Below are positions 1 to 9,700 of a DNA stretch of 64,000 bases, in pieces. Below the pieces are notes generated by a model. That model was not told the origin of the DNA, made no database searches, and saw nothing but the letters and a program-made list of their open reading frames with translations. This DNA comes from Blepharisma stoltei ATCC 30299 (Eukaryota; Protista; Ciliophora): assembly GCA_965603825.1 (NCBI GenBank), contig CBFDEM010000037.1, positions 124,001-188,000 of the forward strand, written 5' to 3'. Positions within the stretch are counted from its first letter, which is position 1. The number at the start of each line of letters is the position of its first letter. The position numbers were made by a program, and so were the translations under genes.

Positions 1-1287
1 CCCTACCTGTGGCTCTGCTTCATCACTCATCATCAATACATCACAAATAGCTTCCCCTGACTCTCCAAACAGCCTAAAGGCATTTTTCTTGCATGGGATC
101 GTGATTTTGTCCTTCTCGTTAGACAGCTTTATTCTGGGGTGTTCTCTGATTTCTACAAGTTTATATACCATTCCTAAAGCTGGCTGAGACTGACAAGTAA
201 CTAAATTAGTCCCGACTCCAAATACGTCAATTTGGTGCTTTTGGTCATTTAAGGAATGAATTACTGTTTCGTTTATATCATTGCTAGCGACGATTTTAAG
301 ATCTTCAAAAGGAACGTTAAATTTTTCACTGGTTTTTTTGAACATGGCTCGGGCTTGTATAGACAAATAAGCCAGATCTCCAGAATCCAGTCTGATTCCT
401 ACTGGCTTGTGGCCGATTTTATATAGCGCGAGTGCTACACATAAGAAATTAGGAATTCCTGAGCCTAGAGTATCATACGTATCAACTAAAGCAAGAAAAG
501 CATTCGGAAAAGCCTTTGCGTATGAGGCAAATGCAGTTAATTCGCCATCGTTTGTAGTAAATCCGCTTTCCCGGCGGTAATCTAAAGCTAGCTGCAGAAT
601 ATCTTGTCCATCAATCAATCTATCTCTAAAGTCGCTATAATCCACATATGAGGCAATATAAGAGTGAGCATGAGTTCCAGAGACAGGAATTCCATAAATC
701 ATCCCTGCAAGTGCGTTGCTGGTGCTATCAAAACCTCCTAAATAACTGTATTTACTAGCTGTCATAGCCCCATCAGGTCCTTGAGCTCTTCTGAGGCCAA
801 ATTCTAGCATAACCTTATCTTTTCCGGCTGCTTTTCTAAATCTTGCTGCATTAGTCGTGATCAAAGAGGCATAATTGCATAAGACCAGCATAGTAGTTTC
901 ACAGAGCTGAGCAATAGCTAGCGGTCCTTCAATTCTTAATAAATTTATTCTGGGAAACACCAAAGTGCCTTCTGGGATCGCATATACTTTTAGCTGGCTA
1001 GCATCAATTGAGAGAAGCCAATCAAAAAATTCTGACTCTGCATGAGGGATTAGGGTACGAATATAGTTGACTTCTTCCTGGTTAAACCTAAAATTCTCAA
1101 GAAATTCAATGACTTCAGAAAGTCCAGCAAATACTGTGTACTCGCCTTTGAAAGGGCATTTCCTAAAAAATGCATCAAAGACAGCGTGGTCCATATGATG
1201 CCCGTTTTTCCAGTAAGCGTAGCACATTGTGATTTGGTAAAGATCTGTTAGAAGCGGACGAATGTATTGGTTGTGAGGTCTCTCCAT
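1..1287 (-). CDS. NAPRT: Nicotinate phosphoribosyltransferase (3' end runs off the window)
   Basis: Manual translation from ATG 1287: MERPHNQYIRPLLTDLYQITMCYAYWK...FFRKCPFKGEYTVFAGL; later LEFGLRRAQGPDG, GTHAHSYI, IRLDSGDLAYLS, FGVGTNLVTC. Absent from the ORF track because it has no stop within the window. Confidence 0.93.
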   Translation of the reverse strand, partial: MERPHNQYIRPLLTDLYQITMCYAYWKNGHHMDHAVFDAFFRKCPFKGEYTVFAGLSEVIEFLENFRFNQEEVNYIRTLIPHAESEFFDWLLSIDASQLKVYAIPEGTLVFPRINLLRIEGPLAIAQLCETTMLVLCNYASLITTNAARFRKAAGKDKVMLEFGLRRAQGPDGAMTASKYSYLGGFDSTSNALAGMIYGIPVSGTHAHSYIASYVDYSDFRDRLIDGQDILQLALDYRRESGFTTNDGELTAFASYAKAFPNAFLALVDTYDTLGSGIPNFLCVALALYKIGHKPVGIRLDSGDLAYLSIQARAMFKKTSEKFNVPFEDLKIVASNDINETVIHSLNDQKHQIDVFGVGTNLVTCQSQPALGMVYKLVEIREHPRIKLSNEKDKITIPCKKNAFRLFGESGEAICDVLMMSDEAEPQVG

Positions 1288-1609
1288 TTTATAACTTTCT
1301 ATTCTTTTTTGATGTAAATGGATTCTGATGCTTAAGTTTATTTAATTTTGAAAACAACCAGTTGAAGCTGATATTAAGTTTTGCATAATTATAAACGCTA
1401 TTATGATTATTAGTATTTTAAAGCTAGCTTTCTTCAATCTTATTAATTGTATTATATTAAATCAGTTTAGATTAATTTCTTAAAAAATAAGAAATTTCAA
1501 ATTCAATATCTTTTCAAAATGAATAAAAATATATTAAAGAGTATTCCAAAAATCTCATTTTTATATATATTTTATTCAAAGTAAAAAATTATAAAATTAA
1601 AACTTATAA

Positions 1610-2044
1610 ATGGCAATAAAGATTTTATTAATCGCAACTTTAGCTTTTATTTGTCTTGCAATAGAAGAAGACAGCTCACAGTTTTTGAAAGAAGATGCAT
1701 GCATGAATTTATTAGAAAGCATGATTAGGGTAGAGAAAGCAAAATTCACTGAAATTTTCAATCTTAGGCCAAATTTAAGGAAAAAAGAACTTCGAGATAA
1801 ACTCAGTGAAAATGCATTCAATTTCTGCACAAAACAAATCACTGATATAGAAGCTCACGAAATTTTGAGGGCAAAATCAAGCAAGCTGCCTTCATATTTC
1901 CATCTCTTGCCTTTAAATATTGATAGCATTCATTTTCCTGAAGATTTATCGCCAGACAAAGCTTGGCCTTCACATAGACGAGCAATTAAGAAAAGACTCA
2001 GCAGAATGAGAAATAATAAAATGAAAAACCCTCGTGACCTTTAA
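1610..2044 (+). CDS. Small secreted/ER-lumenal hypothetical protein
   Basis: 144-aa ORF with N-terminal hydrophobic signal (MAIKILLIATLAFICLA); C-terminal PRDL weakly resembles an ER-retention signal. Confidence 0.7.
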   Translation: MAIKILLIATLAFICLAIEEDSSQFLKEDACMNLLESMIRVEKAKFTEIFNLRPNLRKKELRDKLSENAFNFCTKQITDIEAHEILRAKSSKLPSYFHLLPLNIDSIHFPEDLSPDKAWPSHRRAIKKRLSRMRNNKMKNPRDL

Positions 2045-2156
2045 AAATTACTATAGCAATAGAAATAAAAATAAATAAATTTTAAAATATTTAATAAATT
2101 GTGATTTTTAATAAATTATAAAATACTTGACTTAATTATAGAGTATAATTAAAGAT

Positions 2157-3041
2157 TTAATTTTGCAGTGCAGTTACAAATTCTTGCAAATTTATTTCTT
2201 CTTTCGTTTTTCCTTCTAAAATCTCAACCTTCTTAAAAGCTAGAAGGGCTAAATTTTCCAAATTATTTTGGCCTTCCCTTCGGTTTTTCAGAGCCATTTC
2301 AATTGCAATCTTCAACTCATTTCTATTTAATCTTCCTTTTTTGATGCTTAAGTATTCAAAAAAGACTAAATAATAATTACAGCACAACAACTGAAACGTG
2401 AAATTTGTCCTGAACTGGGGATTATTCGCCAATTCGTATTTTTTATCTGTGATAAACTTTTGGAAGCCTTCTATACAATTAGCATAGAGATCCATATCAA
2501 TCCATGACCTGCCTTTAAGAGGGCCTGTGGCAAGGATGTAGGAACTCATTGAAGTTATATAACAATCTAGGATGTGCTGTATAATATTAAATATATGGAT
2601 TTCTTTCTTCCCATTGTGCATTCTGGCTCCGCCGTCTGAAAAATGTCGATCAAAGAGATTTATAAAATTGGTGTGGATAATTTTATATTGTTCTTTGGTA
2701 TCTAAATAAATGGTACAAATATTGTTTTTGGACTTTCAGTTCTCATCAGACACTTCGAAGCGAAAATAAGTACCTAAGCTTTCTAGGCTTTCTCTTCTTA
2801 CACACTCGGTGTTGAAACCCAATATCGGGCTAGAATTCGATTTTACAATAGCTGATTTTCTTTTTTTCTGAGACCTCGAGTGGCTATGATGAGTGGATAG
2901 CAAAAGCTTTCTTTTGTCCTTACGCTTGTAGAATGCGTAATTAGCTATCAAAGCTTTTAATATTTTTTCCTTGTCTCCAGCAAGAGTAAGGGCTCTGAGG
3001 GAAGTAATATGTACATTGTTTTTATTGTGCTGATCGCTCAT
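2157..3041 (-). CDS. Hypothetical protein (track ORFs 2736..3104 and 2157..2621 joined)
   Basis: Start MSDQH at 3041; the TGA at 2736-2738 reads through in frame to the 2157 ORF; probable 15-nt intron GTACCATTTATTTAG at 2702-2716. Confidence 0.65.
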
Positions 3042-3653
3042 TTTATATAGCTCAATCGTTCGTAAAATTATTATTAAAATGAAATTTAAAAATTTATGTG
3101 ACATTCGCAGACTTCATTAGATTAAGACTGCGTAATCTTACCTTAAAATTCTTAATAATTATGGATGACCAAAATGCTTACCGTTATTCACACAAGCGGG
3201 CTAATGAGCTTAAAATTGTGAAACTGTTGATTTGGTGAAAAAAGCTATGAAAGATATTTGGGTAAGTCTAATGATTGATATAGACTTTAGACCTAATTTT
3301 ATGTTTTATGACTATAAAATTTTTGGAGGGCGAGCTTTAAAATTTAAATTAGCCAAACTTCTAGTTTTCTAAAAAATAAATCAAAGTTGATAGATAATTA
3401 CTTTTGTTTATCTCTTTGGGGAAGTAATACGATCTTTTAGAAGGTGAATTTTAAAATATTTTGAATTGCTTCCTTCATTCTGACTCTATAAAAAAATTAA
3501 AATTTAGATTTTTTCTAAAATAACAGATTTTTTACCTCAATAATAATTTAAAAATAAATATAAAACTACTCGACAGTGTAAAATTATATTTTACACTTAA
3601 TTTAATATTAAGTAAAAAACTATAAGGTGCTCTGAGAGCTTGATTATTCACAT

Positions 3654-3725
3654 TCAGAAGTAGTATAGTGGTAGTATACCCGACTATCCAAGCGGGTGAC
3701 CCAGGTTCAAATCCTGGCTTCTGAC
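3654..3725 (+). tRNA. tRNA-Asp-like gene with aberrant anticodon arm (nominal anticodon ATC, 8-nt loop); possibly a pseudo-tRNA
   Basis: Acceptor stem TCAGAAG/CTTCTGA, A-box TAGTATAGTGGT, T-arm CCAGG-TTCAAAT-CCTGG, anticodon arm CCCGA-CTATCCAA-GCGGG (canonical Asp: CCCGC-CTGTCAC-GCGGG). Confidence 0.75.
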
Positions 3726-3727
3726 CC

Positions 3728-3732
3728 TTTTT
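3728..3732 (+). terminator. Pol III oligo-T terminator of the tRNA-like gene
   Basis: TTTTT begins 3 nt after the discriminator base. Confidence 0.55.
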
Positions 3733-3750
3733 CTTATTGTATTTATTATA

Positions 3751-6042
3751 TTAAGACCTAGCAAAATTAAATTCAGCAATATTATCCTCTTGCAATTCCT
3801 CTTCTTCTGCATAGTCTTCATCTTCTACCAAAGTTTTTTGGTGTGACATAACATTGGCCTGCTCTTCTTCATACTCATCCAGCTGTACCCACTTGCTCCC
3901 AAGCCTTGGTGGCCTAACTTTTTTCTTTTCCAGCTCTTCCCAGTCTATTCCCTTGAAAAAAATATGACTTTTGACTTGAGTAAGTGTTGGCCTCTTTGTG
4001 GGGTCTTTGTTCATTAATTTTCGCATTATATCTTGAGCTTCTGGCTTCACCACTTTCGGGAATTGCAACAAGCCTCTTTTGATATTTCGAAAGAGCTCTT
4101 TTATATTATCTGAATAAAATGGTGGCATTCCTGTTAAAAATTCATATAAAATTGCACCAATACCATACACGTCTGCTGATTTTTCTGAGCCAGTCTTGCT
4201 GAGCATTTCTGGAGCTAAATAAGCTGGCGACCCACAAAAAGACATTGCAGGGTTAAGAGGGTTCACGTTTTCTTTTGCGAGACCAAAATCTGCAAGCCTT
4301 ATATGTCCTGCACGGTCAATTAAAATATTTTCTGGCTTTAAATCTCTATACACAATATCTAATGAATGTAAATATTCAACTGCTAATATAGTTTCTGCTA
4401 TATAAAATCTAGCAACACTCTCTGCAAATCTGCTTCTTTCAGATAAATGAGTCATTAAATCTCCATTCGGGCAATATTCTAAGACCATATACAGATGTTT
4501 AGGTGTTTGGAATGCATAGTCCATTGTTATAATAAAAGGGTGGCTTAAATATCGCAAAATTTTGCATTCGCCAACAGCATACTTCAGCTGCTTATGCTTG
4601 ACTAAAAACTGTTTATTCAACTGTTTCAGGGCATATACATGTTTTGTGTCATTTTTAATGACTTTATATACTTTTCCAAAGCTCCCGCTACCAAGCTCTT
4701 CTAAAATAGTGAAGCTTTTGAAGTTTATGATTTCTCCATTCGCAGAGTTTGACGTAAAAAGCATGTCTTCTCTTGGGCTGAGTTCTTCGTTTTTAGGGCC
4801 ATTTTGGTCTTCTTCATTTAGTCCAATTTTATGCTGCTGGCAATAGTCAATCCCGTCCTGGATTCTTCTGACCCACATATTGGTTAAATCTTCCATAAGT
4901 GTATAAAACTTAAAATTACCTGTTTTTGAGTGTATAATAAAACAAACTGCATCTTTATTCCCATACTGGAGTCCTTTGGTAATCCTGATATCCCAGATAT
5001 CAAGAAGCCTCATCTTATGAAAAGGTGCTTCATTTTTGATAAAAGTATCTTTGTCCATAAAAATGTTCAAATACCCTTGATCTATATCTAAAGATAGCAG
5101 TATTTGTTTATCATGAATCTGTGTGCTTCCAGTATAAAAAACTTCCCCATTAAATGAGGTCATTTCATCTCTGTGCTCGCTCCGAACTTTTTGCAGTTCT
5201 CTTTCCCCCATATATTTCGGTATAATTTCAAAAATTTCATGAGTCGAAGCTACCATTAAAGGAATTAAGCCACTATGGTCTTCTATAGTCATGCTTGCAT
5301 TATTTTCTAATAAAAGCTGAACAATGGCAGCATAGCCTCTTCTGCAAGCTTGGTGTAACGCTGTGCCTTTAGAAAAGGTCATTTTATTTATTTGGATTCT
5401 TGGGTGTTTAAGTAGAGCCCTTACACATTCAGCATGGCCATGATAAGAAGCTAGCAGAAGAGGGGTCCAGTTGTCGTTGGTTTCTCTGTTACAGTTAGCA
5501 CCTCTAGCGACAAAAAGTTGAACAATGTTAGAGTGCCCTTGTTGGCAAGCAAAATGTAAACCAGTCCAGCCTTCAGCGTTTGGGGTGCTTAATAAGTCTT
5601 CTTCTTCGTCCATGACATTTCCAGCCTCTTCACGGTCATATTCACCTATAAGTTGAAGCAGACCTGACAAGCTGCCATCCATAATTTTGGCGATGAGCAT
5701 GCCAAGCCAATCTTTGCTTGGAGCTGGCTCCTGTTGGTCTTTTAGGCCGCGCTTTGTTTTTATTCGCTCTCTTGCAGCAAGTTCTTCTTCTCGTTCTGGT
5801 CGAATTATGTCGACCAATAAGCGACTTGACTCATTTATTTCGTAGGATTCAATAGAATTATCATCGGATAGCAAAATTTCGTGGCCTTCTTTAAGTTGGA
5901 TTAACCGAAGTAAATTAGGTGGCTGGTTTAGGATTGGAGAAAGAATTGACTTTACATGCTGGACGCTGTGCTCAGATAGACAGTCAATTTGAAGGGTGTT
6001 GTCTGTTGCTTCTAAGTCTAATACTTTGAAGGTTAGCTGCAT
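3751..6042 (-). CDS. AGC-family Ser/Thr kinase with N-terminal ubiquitin-like domain, ankyrin repeats and PH-like domain
   Basis: GSGSFGKV, YRDLKPEN, DFGLAKE, SFCGSPAYLAPE, FKGIDWEEL (AGC tail); ankyrins GWTGLHFAC, WTPLLLAS, GTALHQAC; UBL-like N-terminus. Confidence 0.9.
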   Translation of the reverse strand: MQLTFKVLDLEATDNTLQIDCLSEHSVQHVKSILSPILNQPPNLLRLIQLKEGHEILLSDDNSIESYEINESSRLLVDIIRPEREEELAARERIKTKRGLKDQQEPAPSKDWLGMLIAKIMDGSLSGLLQLIGEYDREEAGNVMDEEEDLLSTPNAEGWTGLHFACQQGHSNIVQLFVARGANCNRETNDNWTPLLLASYHGHAECVRALLKHPRIQINKMTFSKGTALHQACRRGYAAIVQLLLENNASMTIEDHSGLIPLMVASTHEIFEIIPKYMGERELQKVRSEHRDEMTSFNGEVFYTGSTQIHDKQILLSLDIDQGYLNIFMDKDTFIKNEAPFHKMRLLDIWDIRITKGLQYGNKDAVCFIIHSKTGNFKFYTLMEDLTNMWVRRIQDGIDYCQQHKIGLNEEDQNGPKNEELSPREDMLFTSNSANGEIINFKSFTILEELGSGSFGKVYKVIKNDTKHVYALKQLNKQFLVKHKQLKYAVGECKILRYLSHPFIITMDYAFQTPKHLYMVLEYCPNGDLMTHLSERSRFAESVARFYIAETILAVEYLHSLDIVYRDLKPENILIDRAGHIRLADFGLAKENVNPLNPAMSFCGSPAYLAPEMLSKTGSEKSADVYGIGAILYEFLTGMPPFYSDNIKELFRNIKRGLLQFPKVVKPEAQDIMRKLMNKDPTKRPTLTQVKSHIFFKGIDWEELEKKKVRPPRLGSKWVQLDEYEEEQANVMSHQKTLVEDEDYAEEEELQEDNIAEFNFARS

Positions 6043-6781
6043 ATTTATTTTCAGAAATCATGCAAAGTTTGGAGAAGTAAAGTTTATATTCTAGGGAATT
6101 TTGTAATGTTGATTGATAAGGAAATAATATACATGTGAAGTTATAAGATAGTTATGACAATCGTTTATGTGAAATATTATAAAAATAAAGACATTTAGCA
6201 AGAATGTTTTATAAAAAAGTGAGATACTGATATTCATTTAAAATTTATAAAATTAAAAACCGATAGATTTATTTGACTGACTCTATTTTGGCCTGAATAT
6301 TCTTATTGCTTGGGCTGAATACATATCGTTATTTCTTTTCGTGGCTAGCGAATTAATATTGCTCGGCAATGGTAAGGAATGTTAAATTTGCTAAGTCAGT
6401 AATGAGATTTTTCTTTAATATGGCATTTTTATTGAGCTAATATTTATCTTATAATTAAATCGGTAAGGCAGTAGTCCGATTTTGTATAAATGAAATATTT
6501 TTACTTGATACATTAATAAAGCAACCCAAATTCATTATTATTGCCTTCAGCAAGCAAAATTTAATTCCTGATAATTTTACAATATGATGAAAAACTTAAA
6601 AATTATTATCTCTTTTTATTATAATTTAGGTATAATCATTCTTTTCATCTTCAGGTGATGAAGATCATGACCAATCTTCTATATTTGTTATATTTTTCCT
6701 ATATATGCAGCATATATTGGGTTTTTCCTTCTCATTTCTTCATTATCAATTGTATCTAGGATTAAATTAATTATTGGCGTA

Positions 6782-9700
6782 CTATTTCAAACGCCTTATA
6801 CTTTTAACGAGTCTTCAAAAATTTAAATCATGAATAGATATGTTTTCTTTTTTGAGGTCATCTTCAATATTTTGGATTTCAAAGAAATGCTTGTGTTTGC
6901 TGTTTTCTCTGCTAGTTCGCAATTTATCATCAATACTTCTTAGTGTGATCTTTGTTAAAAAGTCAATCTTTTCTCATTTTTCTTCACCTAATTCTTCTAA
7001 AAATTTTAATTCTGTAACATCTGAAATAAGTCAATTGTATATGCTTGTATTGTTAATATATCTGCCTATCATATCTTGTAATCTTTGTATAAATTTGATT
7101 CTTTCGTTTTTATATTTTATGCATTCGTTAAGAATATGTTTATCTGTTTCCTTGACTTTACATAATTCACATAAATTCGAAGTGTTATCTTGATTATTTC
7201 TGTTTCTCAATAGAACTAATACTTTAGATGGACCAGCACCATATCTTCAAGCAGCCTTTATTCTTGTTTCAGTAATTAGGTTTTTATTCAGTATTCAGAA
7301 TTTTGGGAGTTTATTCGTGGTAAAAGTTTGATTCCTTAATTCTTTAAACATCTTTAATGTTACTTTTTTATTTATTATGCTCATGTTTTCGTTTCTTCAA
7401 TAGATTTTGAGTTTATCTTTGACATTTCCTTTTCAATTTTTGTCATTTCAGCTAATCATGTTGTTATTAAAATCGAATGGTTTTGTAAAATTATATTTTT
7501 GAAGCAACTCTTGGTAGATTTTCATTGTCGGTGTAATTGTATTATCGAAATTTCTTAGGAAATGGGTTGCAATCTCAGATATATGTGTTAATTCAAAAAT
7601 TTTTTGTAAAAATATCAATGATTTTTGGTCAATATATTGTTGTATTGTTGGAATATTTAAATCAAGTAATATGGGTTCAATAGGTGTTTTGTCATAAACA
7701 TGGCAACATTCTCTTATAATCTTATTGAATGATCTTTGAATTTGTTTAATTGCAGTTTTGCATTTAATTCTTGAGCATATTTCAAGACCATATGTGCATC
7801 TTGGTAAGAATATTGCTTTGAAGCAGTTTATAAGAGTTTTACTTGGGATGTTAAGCATTCTTCTAATCATAGGGATTAGAGAGCAAGTAGATATTTTGCT
7901 TTTATCTTTGAGGTATTTATAATGCGCTTGGTCGAATCCTGTACCTCTTATATTTCCATTCATTATTTTGCCTAAATATTTATATTTTTCAACAACTGGT
8001 ATTTCATGATTTTGGTATGATATTTTAGGTAGTTTACTTATAATATTTTTCCTATTTTTTGTTATGATTGGCATTATTGCTGTTTTTTCCGGTCCTATAT
8101 TCAAGTTCATATCATTATCTTTTGATCATTTATCAAGTTTATTTAAAATGTTTTCAATGTCTTTTCAATCTTCTATTACAAAAGCTGTATCATCCGCATA
8201 TTGAAAATTGATTTTTGATTTTAATTGGTGATTGGGGAGGAGTTCTATATTGATGTCATTATTTTCCTTTTCTATATCATCTATATATATATTAAATAAC
8301 AATGGTGATATTGCACTTCCTTGTCTCACACCTCTTGTTATGTTTATTTTTTCTGTTTCAATCCCATTTATGACAAGTGTAGTTTGTTCACCTTTTAGCA
8401 TTTGTGAGATTATTTTTCAGCTATCATTTTTTATATTTTTTGCTTTAATTTTCTCTAATAGTCTAATTCTATTAACTGAGTCATAAGCTTTTGAGAAATC
8501 AACAAATAATATATATGAGTCTCTACCTTTTCCAATCCTGTAATACTTACGATATTCCAGTGTAGATTTTAAGAGAAAAATCTGAGTCATGCATGACTTT
8601 CCTTTTGTGAATCCATGTTGTCTTTCTGAGATATTAACCGTATTTTCAATTCTTTTTAGTTCTGCTTTGTCAAGAATCTTCATAAAATTATTCATTAAGG
8701 TTATGGGTCTATAGCTATTAAGTTCCTTCGGATTACCTTTTCCTTTGTATATAAGGATTGTTTTTGCTTCATTGGCTTTGTCTGGGATTCCATTTAATTT
8801 GCAACTATTAAGGAAATGTGTAATTGCTTCTGCCATTATATCTCCACCTTTCTTTATTATCTCATTTCTTATATTGTCTGGTCCAGGAGCTTTTTTGTTT
8901 GGTAATTTTTTAATGATTTTCTGGATATCTTGGAAATCTCATAGTTCTTCTTTTGAGCATCCCTTTTGTGGTATGAATTCTATTTTACTTTTAAATTGAT
9001 TTTCAAATTCTGTTGCTCAAGCTTTAATCTCTTCTTTGTTTAATGATAATGCGATTCTATTTTTATTCATCTGACGTTTTATTTTGTTTCAGGCTCCATA
9101 TGGATCTTGCATACATTCTTTCAATCTGCTTTCACTGATTTTTTCATAGTTAGATAGTCTTTTTAGTTTATTTATTCATGCCTTTTTTACCTTTTGTAGT
9201 TTGTTAGCAAGTTCTCTATTATTTTGCGTTCAGCAAAATTTTATTCATTTCCTCGAGTCATTTATTCTATTTAATAAGATTTTCATTTCTGGGGTTCTAA
9301 AATGGTCTGGTTTTAAATGTTTTAGTAGGTATTTTGATTCTTCATCAATTGTTGATTTGATGTTATTAAATATTGCTAAAGGATCAAGAGTTTTGTAGAT
9401 TCCTTTATTCTGGAAATTGATTCAGATTCTGTGTTGGAACGCTTCTAATTCCTTGCCTTCTAATTTATATCATGGAATCACGGATATTTGCTTTGGTATT
9501 ATCTGGACACTTTTTATATGAGATAGTAATAATACGTGATTGGTGTTTAATTGTGGGACTTCTATGTATTTAATTTTTGATAGGGTTTCTGAAATAATAT
9601 AATCGATAATAGTGTGTCTATTATTTCCTCTGAAAGTTGATATAGAAGTTTCATTTATATTCGTTAATTGATTTTTCATTTTCGTGGTTTGCAAGTACTG

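Noticed and set aside
3161-3290. Short ORF (MDDQNAYRY...) between the 2157-3041 gene and the tRNA
   Set aside because: Short, no recognisable motif and no canonical tiny intron to extend it.
6276-6400. 7-bp inverted repeat ACTGACT/AGTCAGT as a possible MITE or ncRNA near the LINE 3' end
   Set aside because: Too short, no TSD and no second copy in the window.
6540-6781. Poly(A) tail, TSD or extra ORF downstream of the retroelement stop
   Set aside because: Only short open stretches in shifting frames, and no convincing match to the 5' flank.
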